Positions 45,519 through 55,503 of a stretch of 64,000 nucleotides of DNA are shown here, piece after piece (positions within the stretch are counted from its first letter, which is position 1; every line of letters starts with the position of its first letter). Source of the stretch: Escherichia phage vB_EcoM_WFC; the sequence record NC_048195.1; one strand, 5' to 3'. The position numbers and the translations under genes were made by a program. Below the pieces are notes generated by a model. It saw nothing but the letters and a program-made list of their open reading frames with translations. It did no database searches and had not been told where the DNA came from.

Positions 45519-46703
45519 TTAACGCGCTTTCAAATCACGGTACACGGTCAGATTCTTCTTAGCGCGGGTGATTGCGGTGTACATCATCTTGGAGTACGGG
45601 ACGCCGCGCAAGATTTCTTCCAGCACGCACACATTATCCCACTCGCTGCCTTGCGATTTGTGCACCGTGATTACATAGCCATAGTCCATCCCGCCAACAG
45701 CGCGTTGCGCTTCTTTGCGCACTTCCTGATCAGTAGAGAAGGAAAGAGGATTGATCTTCACCTTTATATCTTTACCATCAGTTAATGAACGCAAGTTGAC
45801 ATACATTATTTCATTCGACTCGTCTTCATCCCTTTCAAAGTCCGGCACTGGTTCATAGCTAATAACAATCCCTTGCTCGCCATTACAGAATCCTGGCCCG
45901 TGCTGGTTGAAGGTGCAAATAACTTTCTCGCCGATTCCTGGCATTGGCGTTATACGTCCGCTCACTTGCCGTAATAATGAATTCCATTTATCTTTGGTGC
46001 TATTATAGGAGCAAATAATTTGATCATCTTCGCCCATGAATTTCTTCAATGCAGTAACGCGCGGCGATTCTGCCAATACTTTGACGTCATCGTATTCACG
46101 CGGAGGAAGGCGGTTGCCTTGGCGCACGAAGAAGGAGGCGCGGATTATATTGGACTCTTTCCCTTGCCGCATGATTTCGGTTAACAGCACGTCAACGGCA
46201 TCTTCAGTAAAGTAGGCGGCGGCTTTTACCGGAGGGACTTGTCCAATGTCGCCTAATGCCAGGACAGGGATGCGGTGATCAAGAAGGCGCTCTGTGTCCC
46301 ACTCGCCAACCATCGACGCTTCATCGAGTACAACAAGGTGCGGCCTTTCATCCAGCTTTGACTTTCTCGAAAAGATTGGCTCATTGTCGTCATTTACGCC
46401 GCGCACGTTATAGATGAACTGGTGAAGGGTCTTAGCGCCACGACAGCCTTTTTGCTTTAATCGGCTTGCAGCCTTTCCGGTCGGCGCAATATAGATAGCG
46501 CCGTACTCACCGACACAGCGGCGCACAATCTCACGAGCAATAGAGGTTTTACCAGTCCCTGCATAGCCAGCAATGAAAAACACACGCTTCGTCGTTTTAC
46601 CGTCCTGCAATCGCTTGTACCATGCAACGGCCTTCTCGATGGCATCGATTTGTTGCGCGTTAAACTGAATAACTGGCTCATCATTAAATTCTGGAATGTT
46701 CAT
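45519..46703 (-). CDS. SF1 DNA helicase (Dda/RecD-like)
   Basis: 394 aa; Walker A GYAGTGKTS, Walker B VVLDEASM, C-terminal VHKSQGSEWD motif. Confidence 0.8.
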   Translation of the reverse strand: MNIPEFNDEPVIQFNAQQIDAIEKAVAWYKRLQDGKTTKRVFFIAGYAGTGKTSIAREIVRRCVGEYGAIYIAPTGKAASRLKQKGCRGAKTLHQFIYNVRGVNDDNEPIFSRKSKLDERPHLVVLDEASMVGEWDTERLLDHRIPVLALGDIGQVPPVKAAAYFTEDAVDVLLTEIMRQGKESNIIRASFFVRQGNRLPPREYDDVKVLAESPRVTALKKFMGEDDQIICSYNSTKDKWNSLLRQVSGRITPMPGIGEKVICTFNQHGPGFCNGEQGIVISYEPVPDFERDEDESNEIMYVNLRSLTDGKDIKVKINPLSFSTDQEVRKEAQRAVGGMDYGYVITVHKSQGSEWDNVCVLEEILRGVPYSKMMYTAITRAKKNLTVYRDLKAR

Positions 46704-47029
46704 TATAACTCCACTACGCTGTCAAGGTCCAGATATACTGGAATAAAATGGCAATCTTCTTTTCGTTCAAACATCTCACCATCAACATGGCTGAAGAAAA
46801 CAGTTGTGTTTGGTATCTTCCATCCTTTCTCGTCGCGCACTAAGTACGCCATGGATTCAACAGGGATGTACAGCGATACCGGATTTGCGGCAAAAATAAA
46901 TTTGATTCTGTCTGGTTGACCCAGGAATCGCATGATTGTTAGGCTTGAATTCAATCTTGTATTAAGGAAGGACTCAACGATTCCGACGTGTGTTGCACGT
47001 TCGCGTTGCTTCGTCTCTTTTTCGTTCAT
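46703..47029 (-). CDS. hypothetical protein (108 aa)
   Basis: First gene of the minus-strand module; start overlaps the helicase gene end. Confidence 0.45.
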   Translation of the reverse strand: MNEKETKQRERATHVGIVESFLNTRLNSSLTIMRFLGQPDRIKFIFAANPVSLYIPVESMAYLVRDEKGWKIPNTTVFFSHVDGEMFERKEDCHFIPVYLDLDSVVEL

Positions 47030-47132
47030 TTCAGGCGACCTTTGTTAGTGCGGAAATATTTTTTGATAGTATAATTGCAGATATAGTATAAAGCAAAGTA
47101 AATCGAAATTGTGAACTAAATGGTAAATATTG

Positions 47133-47160
47133 TTGACTTTGTATCACTCAATATTATACT
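47133..47160 (+). promoter_or_regulatory. sigma70-like promoter for the + strand early/replication operon
   Basis: TTGACT (47133-47138), 16-nt spacer, TATACT (47155-47160), in the divergent intergenic region 47030-47189. Confidence 0.5.
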
Positions 47161-47189
47161 GCAGGTATTGATCACCGAAGGAAAGAAAG

Positions 47190-48272
47190 ATGGCTAGTTT
47201 AAGAGAAGAAGCAAAAATAATTGAAGAGTTTTTAACAGAACTCCAAAGAGGCATTCCAGAAGATGAGCGCGTCATGACGGTGTTTGCTCCTGAAGCAACG
47301 GTACAGACCGACGAGCGCGGCAAGAAGATTAACAGCAGCTTCTGGCCTAAGCCTTGGAAGTTGGGCAAGCCGCTCATGCAGCACCAAAACGGCTATGCTT
47401 GCATCAGTTCAATGCGTAAGTCTCCCAACCCAAAGACGGGTGAGATGCGATACTGGCGTACAGAGTCTGCCTTTGGTCACGGCATGGCGATGATGGTTGA
47501 TGACATCGGTCACGGTAAAGGGTCCAAAGGTGATTTAGATTTGGAATTCTTTTTCGAGCGACTGAAGCCGACTGTCATCGTCGAGACTTCACCGAACAAC
47601 CACCAGCTTTGGTACTTCTTTAAAGAACCGATTGACCATCTTATTCAGTTCAAAGCGTTCCTTGGGTCTTTCGTTAACATGGTACTCAAGAAGGGCGGCG
47701 ACAACACGATTAAAGACGTAACGCGCGTGGGTCGTGTTCCTGGGTGCATCAATAACAAGCGTGTGACTCACGACGGCCCCTATAAATATGTCGATGAGAA
47801 CGGCGACCCGTTCCGCTGCCGACTTGTCCATGCAGACTACTCCTTGCGCTACACCATCGAAGACATTTGTCAGGCATTTGGCTTTCACGTCGTCATGCCG
47901 CAAAAGCGTGAGATTCAAATTGACGTCGATGAATACAAGTATGATGCTGTTTGGTATAAAATAGCCCAGCAGATTCTAGCGCGCAACAAGATGGGTGAAG
48001 GGTCTGATGGCGACGTCATCGAGAATATGTCAGGCAAGTGTCGCATAATCTGTCCTTGGGGTGAAGAGCACACCAACGGCGACCCGTATGGCGCTTACTT
48101 TCGCGGCCCTATCCCTGGTGCAGAACATGAATTTGTGTTCGGTTGCGCCCACGACTGCCACCGGAAAGGGGAAGGCAAGAAAGGTTGGACTGCTTTTGTT
48201 GAAGCAATCGTCATGCCTTATATTGAGAATCAACTTGACATGATAAATCGTCGTGCAGGTGGCATAAAATAG
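47190..48272 (+). CDS. DNA primase-like protein (archaeo-eukaryotic primase / Prim-Pol-like) with C-terminal Cys/His cluster
   Basis: 360 aa; acidic MMVDDIGHG and ETSPNNHQLWYFF resemble AEP motifs; C-terminal CPWGEEH ... CAHDCH zinc-binding-like cluster. Confidence 0.55.
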   Translation: MASLREEAKIIEEFLTELQRGIPEDERVMTVFAPEATVQTDERGKKINSSFWPKPWKLGKPLMQHQNGYACISSMRKSPNPKTGEMRYWRTESAFGHGMAMMVDDIGHGKGSKGDLDLEFFFERLKPTVIVETSPNNHQLWYFFKEPIDHLIQFKAFLGSFVNMVLKKGGDNTIKDVTRVGRVPGCINNKRVTHDGPYKYVDENGDPFRCRLVHADYSLRYTIEDICQAFGFHVVMPQKREIQIDVDEYKYDAVWYKIAQQILARNKMGEGSDGDVIENMSGKCRIICPWGEEHTNGDPYGAYFRGPIPGAEHEFVFGCAHDCHRKGEGKKGWTAFVEAIVMPYIENQLDMINRRAGGIK

Positions 48273-48273
48273 T

Positions 48274-48301
48274 TTGCTTTTATTTTCATAGCAACTATAA
48301 T
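48274..48301 (+). promoter_or_regulatory. sigma70-like promoter candidate
   Basis: TTGCTT (48274-48279), 16-nt spacer, TATAAT (48296-48301). Confidence 0.4.
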
Positions 48302-48330
48302 CATTTTATGAACTGAAGCAGAGGTGATTC

Positions 48331-48477
48331 ATGCAAAGCGAAGAATTGAACATCGAGGTTGAATGTCTGTTAAAGTCGTTAGAACCTAAACCAGCAGAGC
48401 TTCCGACCCTTCAAGGAGTCATGGCTCACCATCAAGCGGCTGCGGCCAAACACTACTCTGAATTTGTTAAGGAATAA
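48331..48477 (+). CDS. small hypothetical protein (48 aa)
   Basis: GAGGTG RBS before ATG 48331; below the ORF-track size cutoff. Confidence 0.35.
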   Translation: MQSEELNIEVECLLKSLEPKPAELPTLQGVMAHHQAAAAKHYSEFVKE

Positions 48478-48479
48478 AA

Positions 48480-48770
48480 ATGAACGAACCAAAAATGATG
48501 ACCGTTGAAGAAGCACAAAAGCTTCGTGTTGAAAACGAGCTTAAGCTTGTCAACCAGATTCTCCCCTTGTTTGCAGGCTACGCAGTGGAGGAAGTTGTTG
48601 GGGCAATCCTTAACGTATCCACGCATGTCGCTATGAATCTTCAGGCAGAGCGATTCAACACGCTGCTGACTATTAAAGACCTTACAGTCAGTGCAACGTT
48701 CACCGTTGAGCCAGTCAATTTTGACGAAGCTTCAGCCGCGATTCAACAGCAAAGAGATCAAGAGGTGTAG
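48480..48770 (+). CDS. hypothetical protein (96 aa)
   Basis: Co-directional early array. Confidence 0.45.
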   Translation: MNEPKMMTVEEAQKLRVENELKLVNQILPLFAGYAVEEVVGAILNVSTHVAMNLQAERFNTLLTIKDLTVSATFTVEPVNFDEASAAIQQQRDQEV

Positions 48771-48771
48771 C

Positions 48772-49035
48772 ATGGGCGCTTTCCGTAACGAGTTCACCTG
48801 GAACGTTACCAGCAATCTCTCGACTTGTCCTAACTGTGCAAGCGATGTTATCAAGGTGCGGCAGCATCGCAACGCGGAGGAAGGTGCCTGGGAAGATGGC
48901 GACCTTGTAGAGTGCCAGTGCTGTTCTCATGAAGGTGTTGTTGAGCTTCAAGCTGGCGAAGGTTGTCCACCAGCAGAACGTACAGCACGCGTTGAATGGG
49001 ATGCAACAGACTCCATTGGTGATCCTCAACAGTAA
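48772..49035 (+). CDS. small zinc-ribbon protein (87 aa)
   Basis: CPNC ... CQCC Cys pairs; ATG 48772 just after the upstream stop. Confidence 0.45.
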   Translation: MGAFRNEFTWNVTSNLSTCPNCASDVIKVRQHRNAEEGAWEDGDLVECQCCSHEGVVELQAGEGCPPAERTARVEWDATDSIGDPQQ

Positions 49036-49053
49036 ATTTAGGTATAGATACTT

Positions 49054-49158
49054 ATGAAAGCCGTAAAGAAATACACATTAATCATTTCCCTTGTCATCAT
49101 CCTGGGGCTATTATATGTATTGGATATGGCATATTATTTGGCAGGGGTGAGTGGATGA
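49054..49158 (+). CDS. small hydrophobic peptide (34 aa)
   Basis: MKAVKKYTLIISLVIILGLLYVLDMAYYLAGVSG; its stop overlaps the next start (ATGA coupling). Confidence 0.35.
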   Translation: MKAVKKYTLIISLVIILGLLYVLDMAYYLAGVSG

Positions 49159-49445
49159 ATATTGTAATTCTTTATGGTGAAAATATCAGCGATGACGACA
49201 TCGAAGTTGCCGTTGATGTTTACGGTATCGATGAGGTGAAACGTGTTGAAGAAATTAGTGGCGCAAATCTCAATGAGATTGTCAAAGAAGCTGGCTGCCC
49301 TTCGGAAGAGATTCTGGTGGTTACTAACGATGACCTGTCTTCTATGGATCATTTGCGCCGCATCTTCACCGATTGCCAATACCTTCATGCTGTTCAATCA
49401 GTAAACAAATTGAGAAAGGCATACGCCAACCAATTTCCTTGCTGA
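49155..49445 (+). CDS. hypothetical protein (96 aa)
   Basis: Co-directional early array. Confidence 0.45.
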   Translation: MNIVILYGENISDDDIEVAVDVYGIDEVKRVEEISGANLNEIVKEAGCPSEEILVVTNDDLSSMDHLRRIFTDCQYLHAVQSVNKLRKAYANQFPC

Positions 49446-49495
49446 TAGTTCACCAGTTATATTGCTTTAAATTGAGTTTTACTATATTAATATAC

Positions 49496-49520
49496 AACGC
49501 CAGATTTCTGGCGTTTATTT
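49496..49520 (+). terminator. intrinsic terminator or attenuator
   Basis: AACGCCAG ATTT CTGGCGTT hairpin followed by TTTATTT. Confidence 0.55.
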
Positions 49521-49581
49521 ACCGCACCCTGAAAGGATATATCCATGCAACAATATAACAAAGCCGTATCAGGAGGATTAA

Positions 49582-51252
49582 ATGTCAATTAATAATGACA
49601 ATCTTCCAGAGGATACAGGTGATGAATTTGGTGCAATCTTTGACGAAATTCAAGATGCAGGCGTTTCGGAAGAAATGCAGGCAGCAGAGCAGCAAGGCAC
49701 CAGAGCTAAAATCAGCCTTCAACATAAAGCTGTTGAAAAAGATTCAGAGCGCATGGAATGCTACGGTGAAGAAGACTTGGTTGAAAGAGCACGCTTGCTC
49801 GCCTCACTTCAGGTAATCAAGTTCCCTCACTACAAGCCTACCAAAGATGACTTCGTTCTACAGGCAGACCGGACGAGTGACATGAACCGTTATGCGGTTT
49901 TCGACGCGTTGTTTGATAAGGGAAGTGGCGTTGTTCCATTCCCTCACAAAGATACTTTTCGTGGGCGCTTAGTCGACCATCGCGGCGAAACATTCACTGA
50001 CCGTACCTTGGAAGTCACAGAGATAGTTGCCGCTGTCGACGCAGCAGGGTTGTCCAACCCAAACTCACGTCAGGTCGCTCAATCCTATAAGGAATGGGCC
50101 ATGCGTTATCAGCGCGACGACCTGATGGACTTCTTCTACAAGAAGCTGCCTGAATGGGACGGTACTGCGCGCATCGAGAAATACCTTATCGAGCTATTCC
50201 GACCGTTCGATACAGAGTTAAACCGACAAATCGGTGTGTATTTTTGGCTATCGCTCTACAACCGCCTGACCAACCCTGGCTGTCAAGCGCCAATCTCCAT
50301 CGCGCTCATCGGCGGCCAGAACGCAGGGAAGAGTTATTTTAGCAAGCTGCTTTGCGAAGCTATTATGAACGACCGCCACGCAACACCGATTCCGTTGAAC
50401 TTAGCCGCGCAAAACTTCAACCCGTTCTTGCGAGCTATCACGGGTCGCTCGATTATCGCGAACGTCGGCGAGATGACAGGCTTTAAAAAGGCCGACATCG
50501 AAAACATGAAAGCATTCCTGACTAAGACGGAAGATGACCTGGACTTCAAATTTGAAGATACGCAGGTTAAACCACGCCAGTGGATTGCTATCATGGACGG
50601 CAACGAATACGCAGGCATGCAGCGTGATGACACGGGCAACCGTCGTGTGTATCCTATCTTTGTTGGCCAACTCGCTGACAAGGACGGGCAACCGAACTGG
50701 TCGAAAGACTTCCAAGCTGACCTTTCCACTTTGAAAGAAGACGTTTGGCAGCTTATGGCTGAGTGCGCTGCGTGGATGGAGAAGCACGGCGAAGCAGGCT
50801 ATAACGCGTTTGTTGGTGAAACATCTCGCATGCTTACTGAGTTCAGTAAAAACGAAATGGAACGCGCTCGCGGCGTTATCCGTGATGAGATGGTTGATAA
50901 CGACCTTGTTGAAGTCGTCATCACCGCGCCTTATGACCGACATCACAGCGGACGCTGGCACATCACCAGTGGTGCTATTGCTATGGGATTCAGAGCGAAG
51001 TGCGGCAAGTCGCCTTTCTCTCGTACCCTTGCGCCACACATGTCGAAGCTTGGTTTTGAGCCTGCGACCTATCGCAACCAGCGCGGTTACTTTACGCCGC
51101 TGATTAAGAATGAAGCAGGGGAATACATTTCTGATTTGATGACCATCTTAGCGTATCTTATCCGCGATGAGTCTGACCCTGAAGATATTGAATTCTTGAA
51201 GAAGGTTATTGAGCGTAAACGTTCTTTGGGAAGAGATAAGGATGAATTCTGA
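49582..51252 (+). CDS. VirE-family P-loop NTPase (primase-associated helicase-like)
   Basis: 556 aa; Walker A IGGQNAGKS; AGGAGG RBS; position next to the primase gene. Confidence 0.7.
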   Translation: MSINNDNLPEDTGDEFGAIFDEIQDAGVSEEMQAAEQQGTRAKISLQHKAVEKDSERMECYGEEDLVERARLLASLQVIKFPHYKPTKDDFVLQADRTSDMNRYAVFDALFDKGSGVVPFPHKDTFRGRLVDHRGETFTDRTLEVTEIVAAVDAAGLSNPNSRQVAQSYKEWAMRYQRDDLMDFFYKKLPEWDGTARIEKYLIELFRPFDTELNRQIGVYFWLSLYNRLTNPGCQAPISIALIGGQNAGKSYFSKLLCEAIMNDRHATPIPLNLAAQNFNPFLRAITGRSIIANVGEMTGFKKADIENMKAFLTKTEDDLDFKFEDTQVKPRQWIAIMDGNEYAGMQRDDTGNRRVYPIFVGQLADKDGQPNWSKDFQADLSTLKEDVWQLMAECAAWMEKHGEAGYNAFVGETSRMLTEFSKNEMERARGVIRDEMVDNDLVEVVITAPYDRHHSGRWHITSGAIAMGFRAKCGKSPFSRTLAPHMSKLGFEPATYRNQRGYFTPLIKNEAGEYISDLMTILAYLIRDESDPEDIEFLKKVIERKRSLGRDKDEF

Positions 51253-51899
51253 TGAATAAAGCAATCAACATCGCTAAATTCTTTCAACATCTTGGTGAAC
51301 TGAACAAAGAGAGTGACGTTCACGGAGAAGAAATGAACCGGATGATTTCAACCGTGTTGCGTGGCTTTGGTTATGATAAGGACTCCATCACTTGCAAGCG
51401 CACAAAGCTTGTCGATGAGTCTTATCTTTACTACGTAGAGCTGCGCATTGGTAAAGATGTAATGATCATTGACCCTAAACTGGAAGGTGCGCACTGTTTT
51501 GGCGCTCATCCTCGTGCGAGTGAATTCAAGGGTCGCGGTCGCAACCGAATCCAGAAACTTGATGACGCAGGCGACTTGAACATTGCCATGTTCCTTAAAG
51601 AGTTCCTTGCGCTACCGAAGGTTGCATCATCCACTGGTCGTGATGACCCTTGCAAGATTGGATTCCGAACTAAAGATTTGCGCAATGCGCTACGCAAGAA
51701 GGGATTTGTGCCTTCTTATGACAATGTCGCCGCGCTGATGGCTTCAATGGAGGAAGCTGAAGCGATGGACAAGGTGCGCGGCTATTTCCTGAATACAGGC
51801 TTCACCATGTATGAATGGCACACGAAGGGATTGACTGTCGCCGACTTCATCTATTCATTAGAGCAGAAGTATGTACGCAATATGCAGGCCACAGGATAA
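51252..51899 (+). CDS. hypothetical protein (215 aa)
   Basis: Start overlaps the upstream stop. Confidence 0.45.
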   Translation: MNKAINIAKFFQHLGELNKESDVHGEEMNRMISTVLRGFGYDKDSITCKRTKLVDESYLYYVELRIGKDVMIIDPKLEGAHCFGAHPRASEFKGRGRNRIQKLDDAGDLNIAMFLKEFLALPKVASSTGRDDPCKIGFRTKDLRNALRKKGFVPSYDNVAALMASMEEAEAMDKVRGYFLNTGFTMYEWHTKGLTVADFIYSLEQKYVRNMQATG

Positions 51900-51938
51900 T
51901 TATCATCAAAATATTTGCTTTTCTGACGAGGTGATATT

Positions 51939-52163
51939 ATGATTAATTTAGACAGGATTGAGTTAGCACTTAGTACCTTAATCAAATATTACCAGTTTGC
52001 GTTTAAGGCTAGTTTGTTTGGCTTGTTCAATCCTCATCAAGCAGCAAAGGCGAGAAGCAATGCCAACCGCCTGCGCTGTACTGGTATAGTTATCCATGAC
52101 CGGATATTGACAGAGGGTAGATTCAGCCATGAATACACAGGGGAGAATAACAAATCAACGTAG
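51939..52163 (+). CDS. hypothetical protein (74 aa)
   Basis: GAGGTG RBS; early array. Confidence 0.4.
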   Translation: MINLDRIELALSTLIKYYQFAFKASLFGLFNPHQAAKARSNANRLRCTGIVIHDRILTEGRFSHEYTGENNKST

Positions 52164-52338
52164 GGCTTTACAAGTCCTCATCCACTACCTGTCACGCCTT
52201 TATCCAACGGCGCACGAGCAGAATCCAGCAACTGGTCATCTGTTTAAGCGCCGTAACCTTTCGCTAAAAACATTCGCTTTAATCCAATATGACCGCTACC
52301 TGGACGGGCGCTACTGCGGCCCGAAGGATTCTCTATGA
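52129..52338 (+). CDS. hypothetical protein (69 aa)
   Basis: Early array; overlaps upstream ORF by 35 nt, so the start is uncertain. Confidence 0.35.
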   Translation: MNTQGRITNQRRALQVLIHYLSRLYPTAHEQNPATGHLFKRRNLSLKTFALIQYDRYLDGRYCGPKDSL

Positions 52339-52613
52339 TTAATACATACAAAGTATTCTTTGTCAAGTGCACATCATCTATTGATGACCAATTTACTGCT
52401 GGCAAGAATTATCCCGTGATTTCTGAGTCAAGGCTAGATATAATCTTGAATGATCATGAAATCTATGAGCCGATGCCAGCGACTGCGTTTGATGTTATCG
52501 GTCACGTTCGGATTAAGACTAATGTTGATACGATGCATGATCCGTTGTTCAAGAAGCAAATCAAGAATGCCATGCAAGACTTTTGCGCGGCTATGTTTAA
52601 ATATTATAAGTGA
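52335..52613 (+). CDS. hypothetical protein (92 aa)
   Basis: ATGA start/stop coupling with the upstream ORF. Confidence 0.45.
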   Translation: MINTYKVFFVKCTSSIDDQFTAGKNYPVISESRLDIILNDHEIYEPMPATAFDVIGHVRIKTNVDTMHDPLFKKQIKNAMQDFCAAMFKYYK

Positions 52614-52620
52614 GTTGAAG

Positions 52621-52842
52621 ATGAGCAAGAAAACCCTTAAGGCTGGCGACCGTATCCGTTGGATGTCAGGACAGAATATGCGCGCAGGCACCATCCTTGA
52701 GCTGGATGAATACCTTACCGATTCGCGCGGTCGCAATCATTACCGTGTCAGAATCGATACAGTAAAAGAAGATGACAAGTCACTTGTTGGTGAAGTGGTC
52801 ATCGTTACTCCACGTCAAATCAAGGCGGCTTGTGAAGCATGA
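52621..52842 (+). CDS. hypothetical protein (73 aa)
   Basis: Internal ATG 52621 chosen because the ORF-track start would lie inside the previous gene. Confidence 0.4.
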   Translation: MSKKTLKAGDRIRWMSGQNMRAGTILELDEYLTDSRGRNHYRVRIDTVKEDDKSLVGEVVIVTPRQIKAACEA

Positions 52843-52994
52843 ATAAATTTCAGTTCAACGATAACAAGATCAGTAAAGCAGACGCAATCAAGCAGCTTCG
52901 TCGCGTACTTGAAGCCAGTGGCCATACGAAAGAGCGTGCACGCGTCTTGGCCAAAGAACATTATAAACGTTTTGTGTCACAAATCAGAGGTTAA
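52839..52994 (+). CDS. small hypothetical protein (51 aa)
   Basis: ATGA coupling with the upstream stop; below the ORF-track cutoff. Confidence 0.35.
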   Translation: MNKFQFNDNKISKADAIKQLRRVLEASGHTKERARVLAKEHYKRFVSQIRG

Positions 52995-52996
52995 TT

Positions 52997-53491
52997 ATGA
53001 TCATCCATCGCCCTTTAATGTTAAAGAAAGAAGAGTGTGAAGAAATCTTACACGCATTGAGACGTGCAGAAGCAGATGTTAACCTTCGAATAAAGGTAAG
53101 AGACTTCATTATGAAGCAGTTCGAAAATGATGATGTTGACTATGCCATTGATGAATTGCTGAATCGCAACGTCAAAGGCGCAACAAGACCCATTTGCCAT
53201 CAATCACGTTGCGCAAGAGTCCCTATTCAAAATTATGTTCATAAAAAGCCGCGCCTTAAACCTGTTCCGGCTGATAAAATAGAAGTCGGTGATGTTATCG
53301 TCTGCGTCTATTACGGCAGTCAGATTTTCAATGCCGTTGTGGTAAGGCGATACAGCATAAACGGTTGCCAATACATGGAAGTGACAAACGCAAAGAAAGA
53401 ACCTGGCAGCTTGAACGTGGCTTACGCATTAAGGGAATTCAGCAGTCCTTCTTGCATTCTTTATAAGGTACTCGACCATGGCTCATGTTAA
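52997..53491 (+). CDS. hypothetical protein (164 aa)
   Basis: Early array. Confidence 0.45.
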   Translation: MIIHRPLMLKKEECEEILHALRRAEADVNLRIKVRDFIMKQFENDDVDYAIDELLNRNVKGATRPICHQSRCARVPIQNYVHKKPRLKPVPADKIEVGDVIVCVYYGSQIFNAVVVRRYSINGCQYMEVTNAKKEPGSLNVAYALREFSSPSCILYKVLDHGSC

Positions 53492-53825
53492 AGACGAAGT
53501 GCTGTTTGGCGCAGAGATTAAGAAACGTGTCAGAGAAATGGCAGGAGAAGAAAGAATGAAGCCGTTGCGAAAAGGTTTTGATCACATCAATGGCGTATCC
53601 GGCACGAAGGAGATGGGCGTGTTGGTGAAAGACATCCGCGTTGGCGATGTCATGGTCATCGACCGACAAGCGCGAGTCGTTATCCAGGTGCAACCTAACG
53701 ATGATGAAGGATGTGTCCTATTGAAGCTGAAGAAGCTTTCATCCAGCCCAGCGAAAGCAGTCATCAAGAAGGTGTGGCCTGAAGGATTACGCAAACTCAT
53801 CCGTCGACCCGTGGAGAATGCATGA
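53478..53825 (+). CDS. hypothetical protein (115 aa)
   Basis: Early array. Confidence 0.45.
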   Translation: MAHVKDEVLFGAEIKKRVREMAGEERMKPLRKGFDHINGVSGTKEMGVLVKDIRVGDVMVIDRQARVVIQVQPNDDEGCVLLKLKKLSSSPAKAVIKKVWPEGLRKLIRRPVENA

Positions 53826-54061
53826 TGGAAGATTATATTAACGCGATGTATATGGCATTCTATGTCGTGCAACTTCCCAATGGCGCGGTATTTTATGGCG
53901 AGTATACCTTTGACGTTCAATACGACGTTTCAGAGCGTACAGTGTTGACAAGGGAGTTGATTGCGGACCTTAAGGACGACATCAAACGCGTCGCGCGGCA
54001 GCAGTTCAATTTGGATGACACAGTCATCGTTCGAATTACCGGAATAACAGAGGTGCAGTGA
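53822..54061 (+). CDS. hypothetical protein (79 aa)
   Basis: Start/stop overlap with neighbours. Confidence 0.45.
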   Translation: MMEDYINAMYMAFYVVQLPNGAVFYGEYTFDVQYDVSERTVLTRELIADLKDDIKRVARQQFNLDDTVIVRITGITEVQ

Positions 54062-54390
54062 TGACCCGTGATCAGATACTCGCCGCGCATGAGCGTGAGA
54101 AGGTGAAAGAGATTTGTAAAAGGCACAAATCATTTGCTGACTCTTATGTGTTCTTAAAGTCTTGCATCAAACAAAACGCAAGGATGGATAACACTGTATT
54201 GACATTCAACCTTTTGTCTAACGGAGCAAAGCTTGATGCGATATGCGGGTGCAGAATTGCCAGCATGACGTTTGAACGAGGTGCTCACAAAGACTCTTTC
54301 TTCTATCAATTCTCCCATCGGACGGGTGATACAAAGATAACAAGGACGCGGCACGAGATAGAGATTGACCTGCTCCACTATGTAAAATGA
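54058..54390 (+). CDS. hypothetical protein (110 aa)
   Basis: Start/stop overlap with neighbours. Confidence 0.45.
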   Translation: MMTRDQILAAHEREKVKEICKRHKSFADSYVFLKSCIKQNARMDNTVLTFNLLSNGAKLDAICGCRIASMTFERGAHKDSFFYQFSHRTGDTKITRTRHEIEIDLLHYVK

Positions 54391-54408
54391 ATATCAAAAA
54401 GGTGATTT

Positions 54409-54603
54409 ATGAGTGTTAAACTAGACATACAGAAAACCCTTGACAAAGCTGCTGCAATAAAGAACTTCATGGATTGTTACGCCAGTTGCACGCTTTATGG
54501 AAGCGTTCCAAACGGTGATGTGAGACCGGAAAGCATGCTTGAGTGGCTTGTTGAGCACCGTTACATAATCGACATAGTTGATGAATACATAAAGCAGAAA
54601 TGA
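54409..54603 (+). CDS. hypothetical protein (64 aa)
   Basis: AAGGTGA RBS before the ATG. Confidence 0.45.
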   Translation: MSVKLDIQKTLDKAAAIKNFMDCYASCTLYGSVPNGDVRPESMLEWLVEHRYIIDIVDEYIKQK

Positions 54604-54611
54604 ATATCAAA

Positions 54612-54656
54612 AAGGTGAGCTAAATGCTTGCCTTTTCTTTTATCAATACTTATACT
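54612..54656 (+). promoter_or_regulatory. hairpin-plus-promoter cassette (copy 1)
   Basis: Hairpin AAGGTGAGC/TAAAT/GCTTGCCTT (54612-54634) with T-run; TTGCCT (54628-54633), 17-nt spacer, TATACT (54651-54656). Confidence 0.45.
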
Positions 54657-54688
54657 CTTTTCATCAAGACGAACAAGTGAGGTGAATT

Positions 54689-55006
54689 ATGATTTACTTA
54701 GGAATGGACGAAGATGCGCACAAAGACCTTTCAAGGGTGCCAAACGTTAAGTTAGACACAGCTGTACACATCAAGCCTTGGCCAATCGCCCACCCTGACG
54801 TAGTTGTACCAGTCGCGCCTGGCACGCGTTACGTGGCCATTGATGACGACGGAGTAATTCACTGTTATTCGGAAAAACCAAAGTATATAAAGCAATATCA
54901 CGGTTGGTTTTTGGACGAGCGTGCAATGGCGCGTTACTGCGGCGAAGTCGGTCTGGAAGGTTGGAGCTTCAAGGCTAGTGAATCGTGTGTCGAGGTGCAA
55001 TTATGA
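54689..55006 (+). CDS. hypothetical protein (105 aa)
   Basis: GTGAGGTGA RBS; early array. Confidence 0.45.
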   Translation: MIYLGMDEDAHKDLSRVPNVKLDTAVHIKPWPIAHPDVVVPVAPGTRYVAIDDDGVIHCYSEKPKYIKQYHGWFLDERAMARYCGEVGLEGWSFKASESCVEVQL

Positions 55007-55221
55007 ATGCCGCGCTGGGTAAGTTGTCTTTCAATAAACGCAACGAGCTGCGCATGGTGTCGCGCTTTCAACAAACGTATTCATCACTAATAAAGATTAC
55101 AAATAAGGCCGACTCTAGAGCTTGCCCTAAAGAAGAATGGGAAGCATTGAACGAGCGTCGTAAACAATTACAACATGCTGCATTCAAGCTGCAGCAATAT
55201 GCTATGGAGTATGCAAAATGA
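55003..55221 (+). CDS. hypothetical protein (72 aa)
   Basis: ATG 55003 preceded by GAGGTG. Confidence 0.4.
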   Translation: MNAALGKLSFNKRNELRMVSRFQQTYSSLIKITNKADSRACPKEEWEALNERRKQLQHAAFKLQQYAMEYAK

Positions 55222-55502
55222 AGATGCAAAGATGTCCCCATTGCTTGTCCACGATGCGGCTTACTGCTGAAGAATATTTACATCACGTTAACGTTTGTGA
55301 GGCTAATCCTGAAAACTCGACGCGTTACTATTATCATTATCACGCAGAAGCGGAAGATGGATCAGGCGCAACAGGCATCGTCACCACTAAAGAAATGGTG
55401 ATAACTAAAAAGGCATATGAAAGCTTGCTGGAGACGATTAAAGAAGTTTCTGGCAAAGAAATCACCTGTATTAAATCTTTATCTTTCTTGCACGAGGTAT
55501 AA
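55218..55502 (+). CDS. small Cys/His zinc-finger-like protein (paralog a)
   Basis: 94 aa; N-terminus MKMQRCPHCLSTMRLTAEEYLHHVNVCEANPENS. Confidence 0.45.
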   Translation: MKMQRCPHCLSTMRLTAEEYLHHVNVCEANPENSTRYYYHYHAEAEDGSGATGIVTTKEMVITKKAYESLLETIKEVSGKEITCIKSLSFLHEV

Positions 55503-55503
55503 A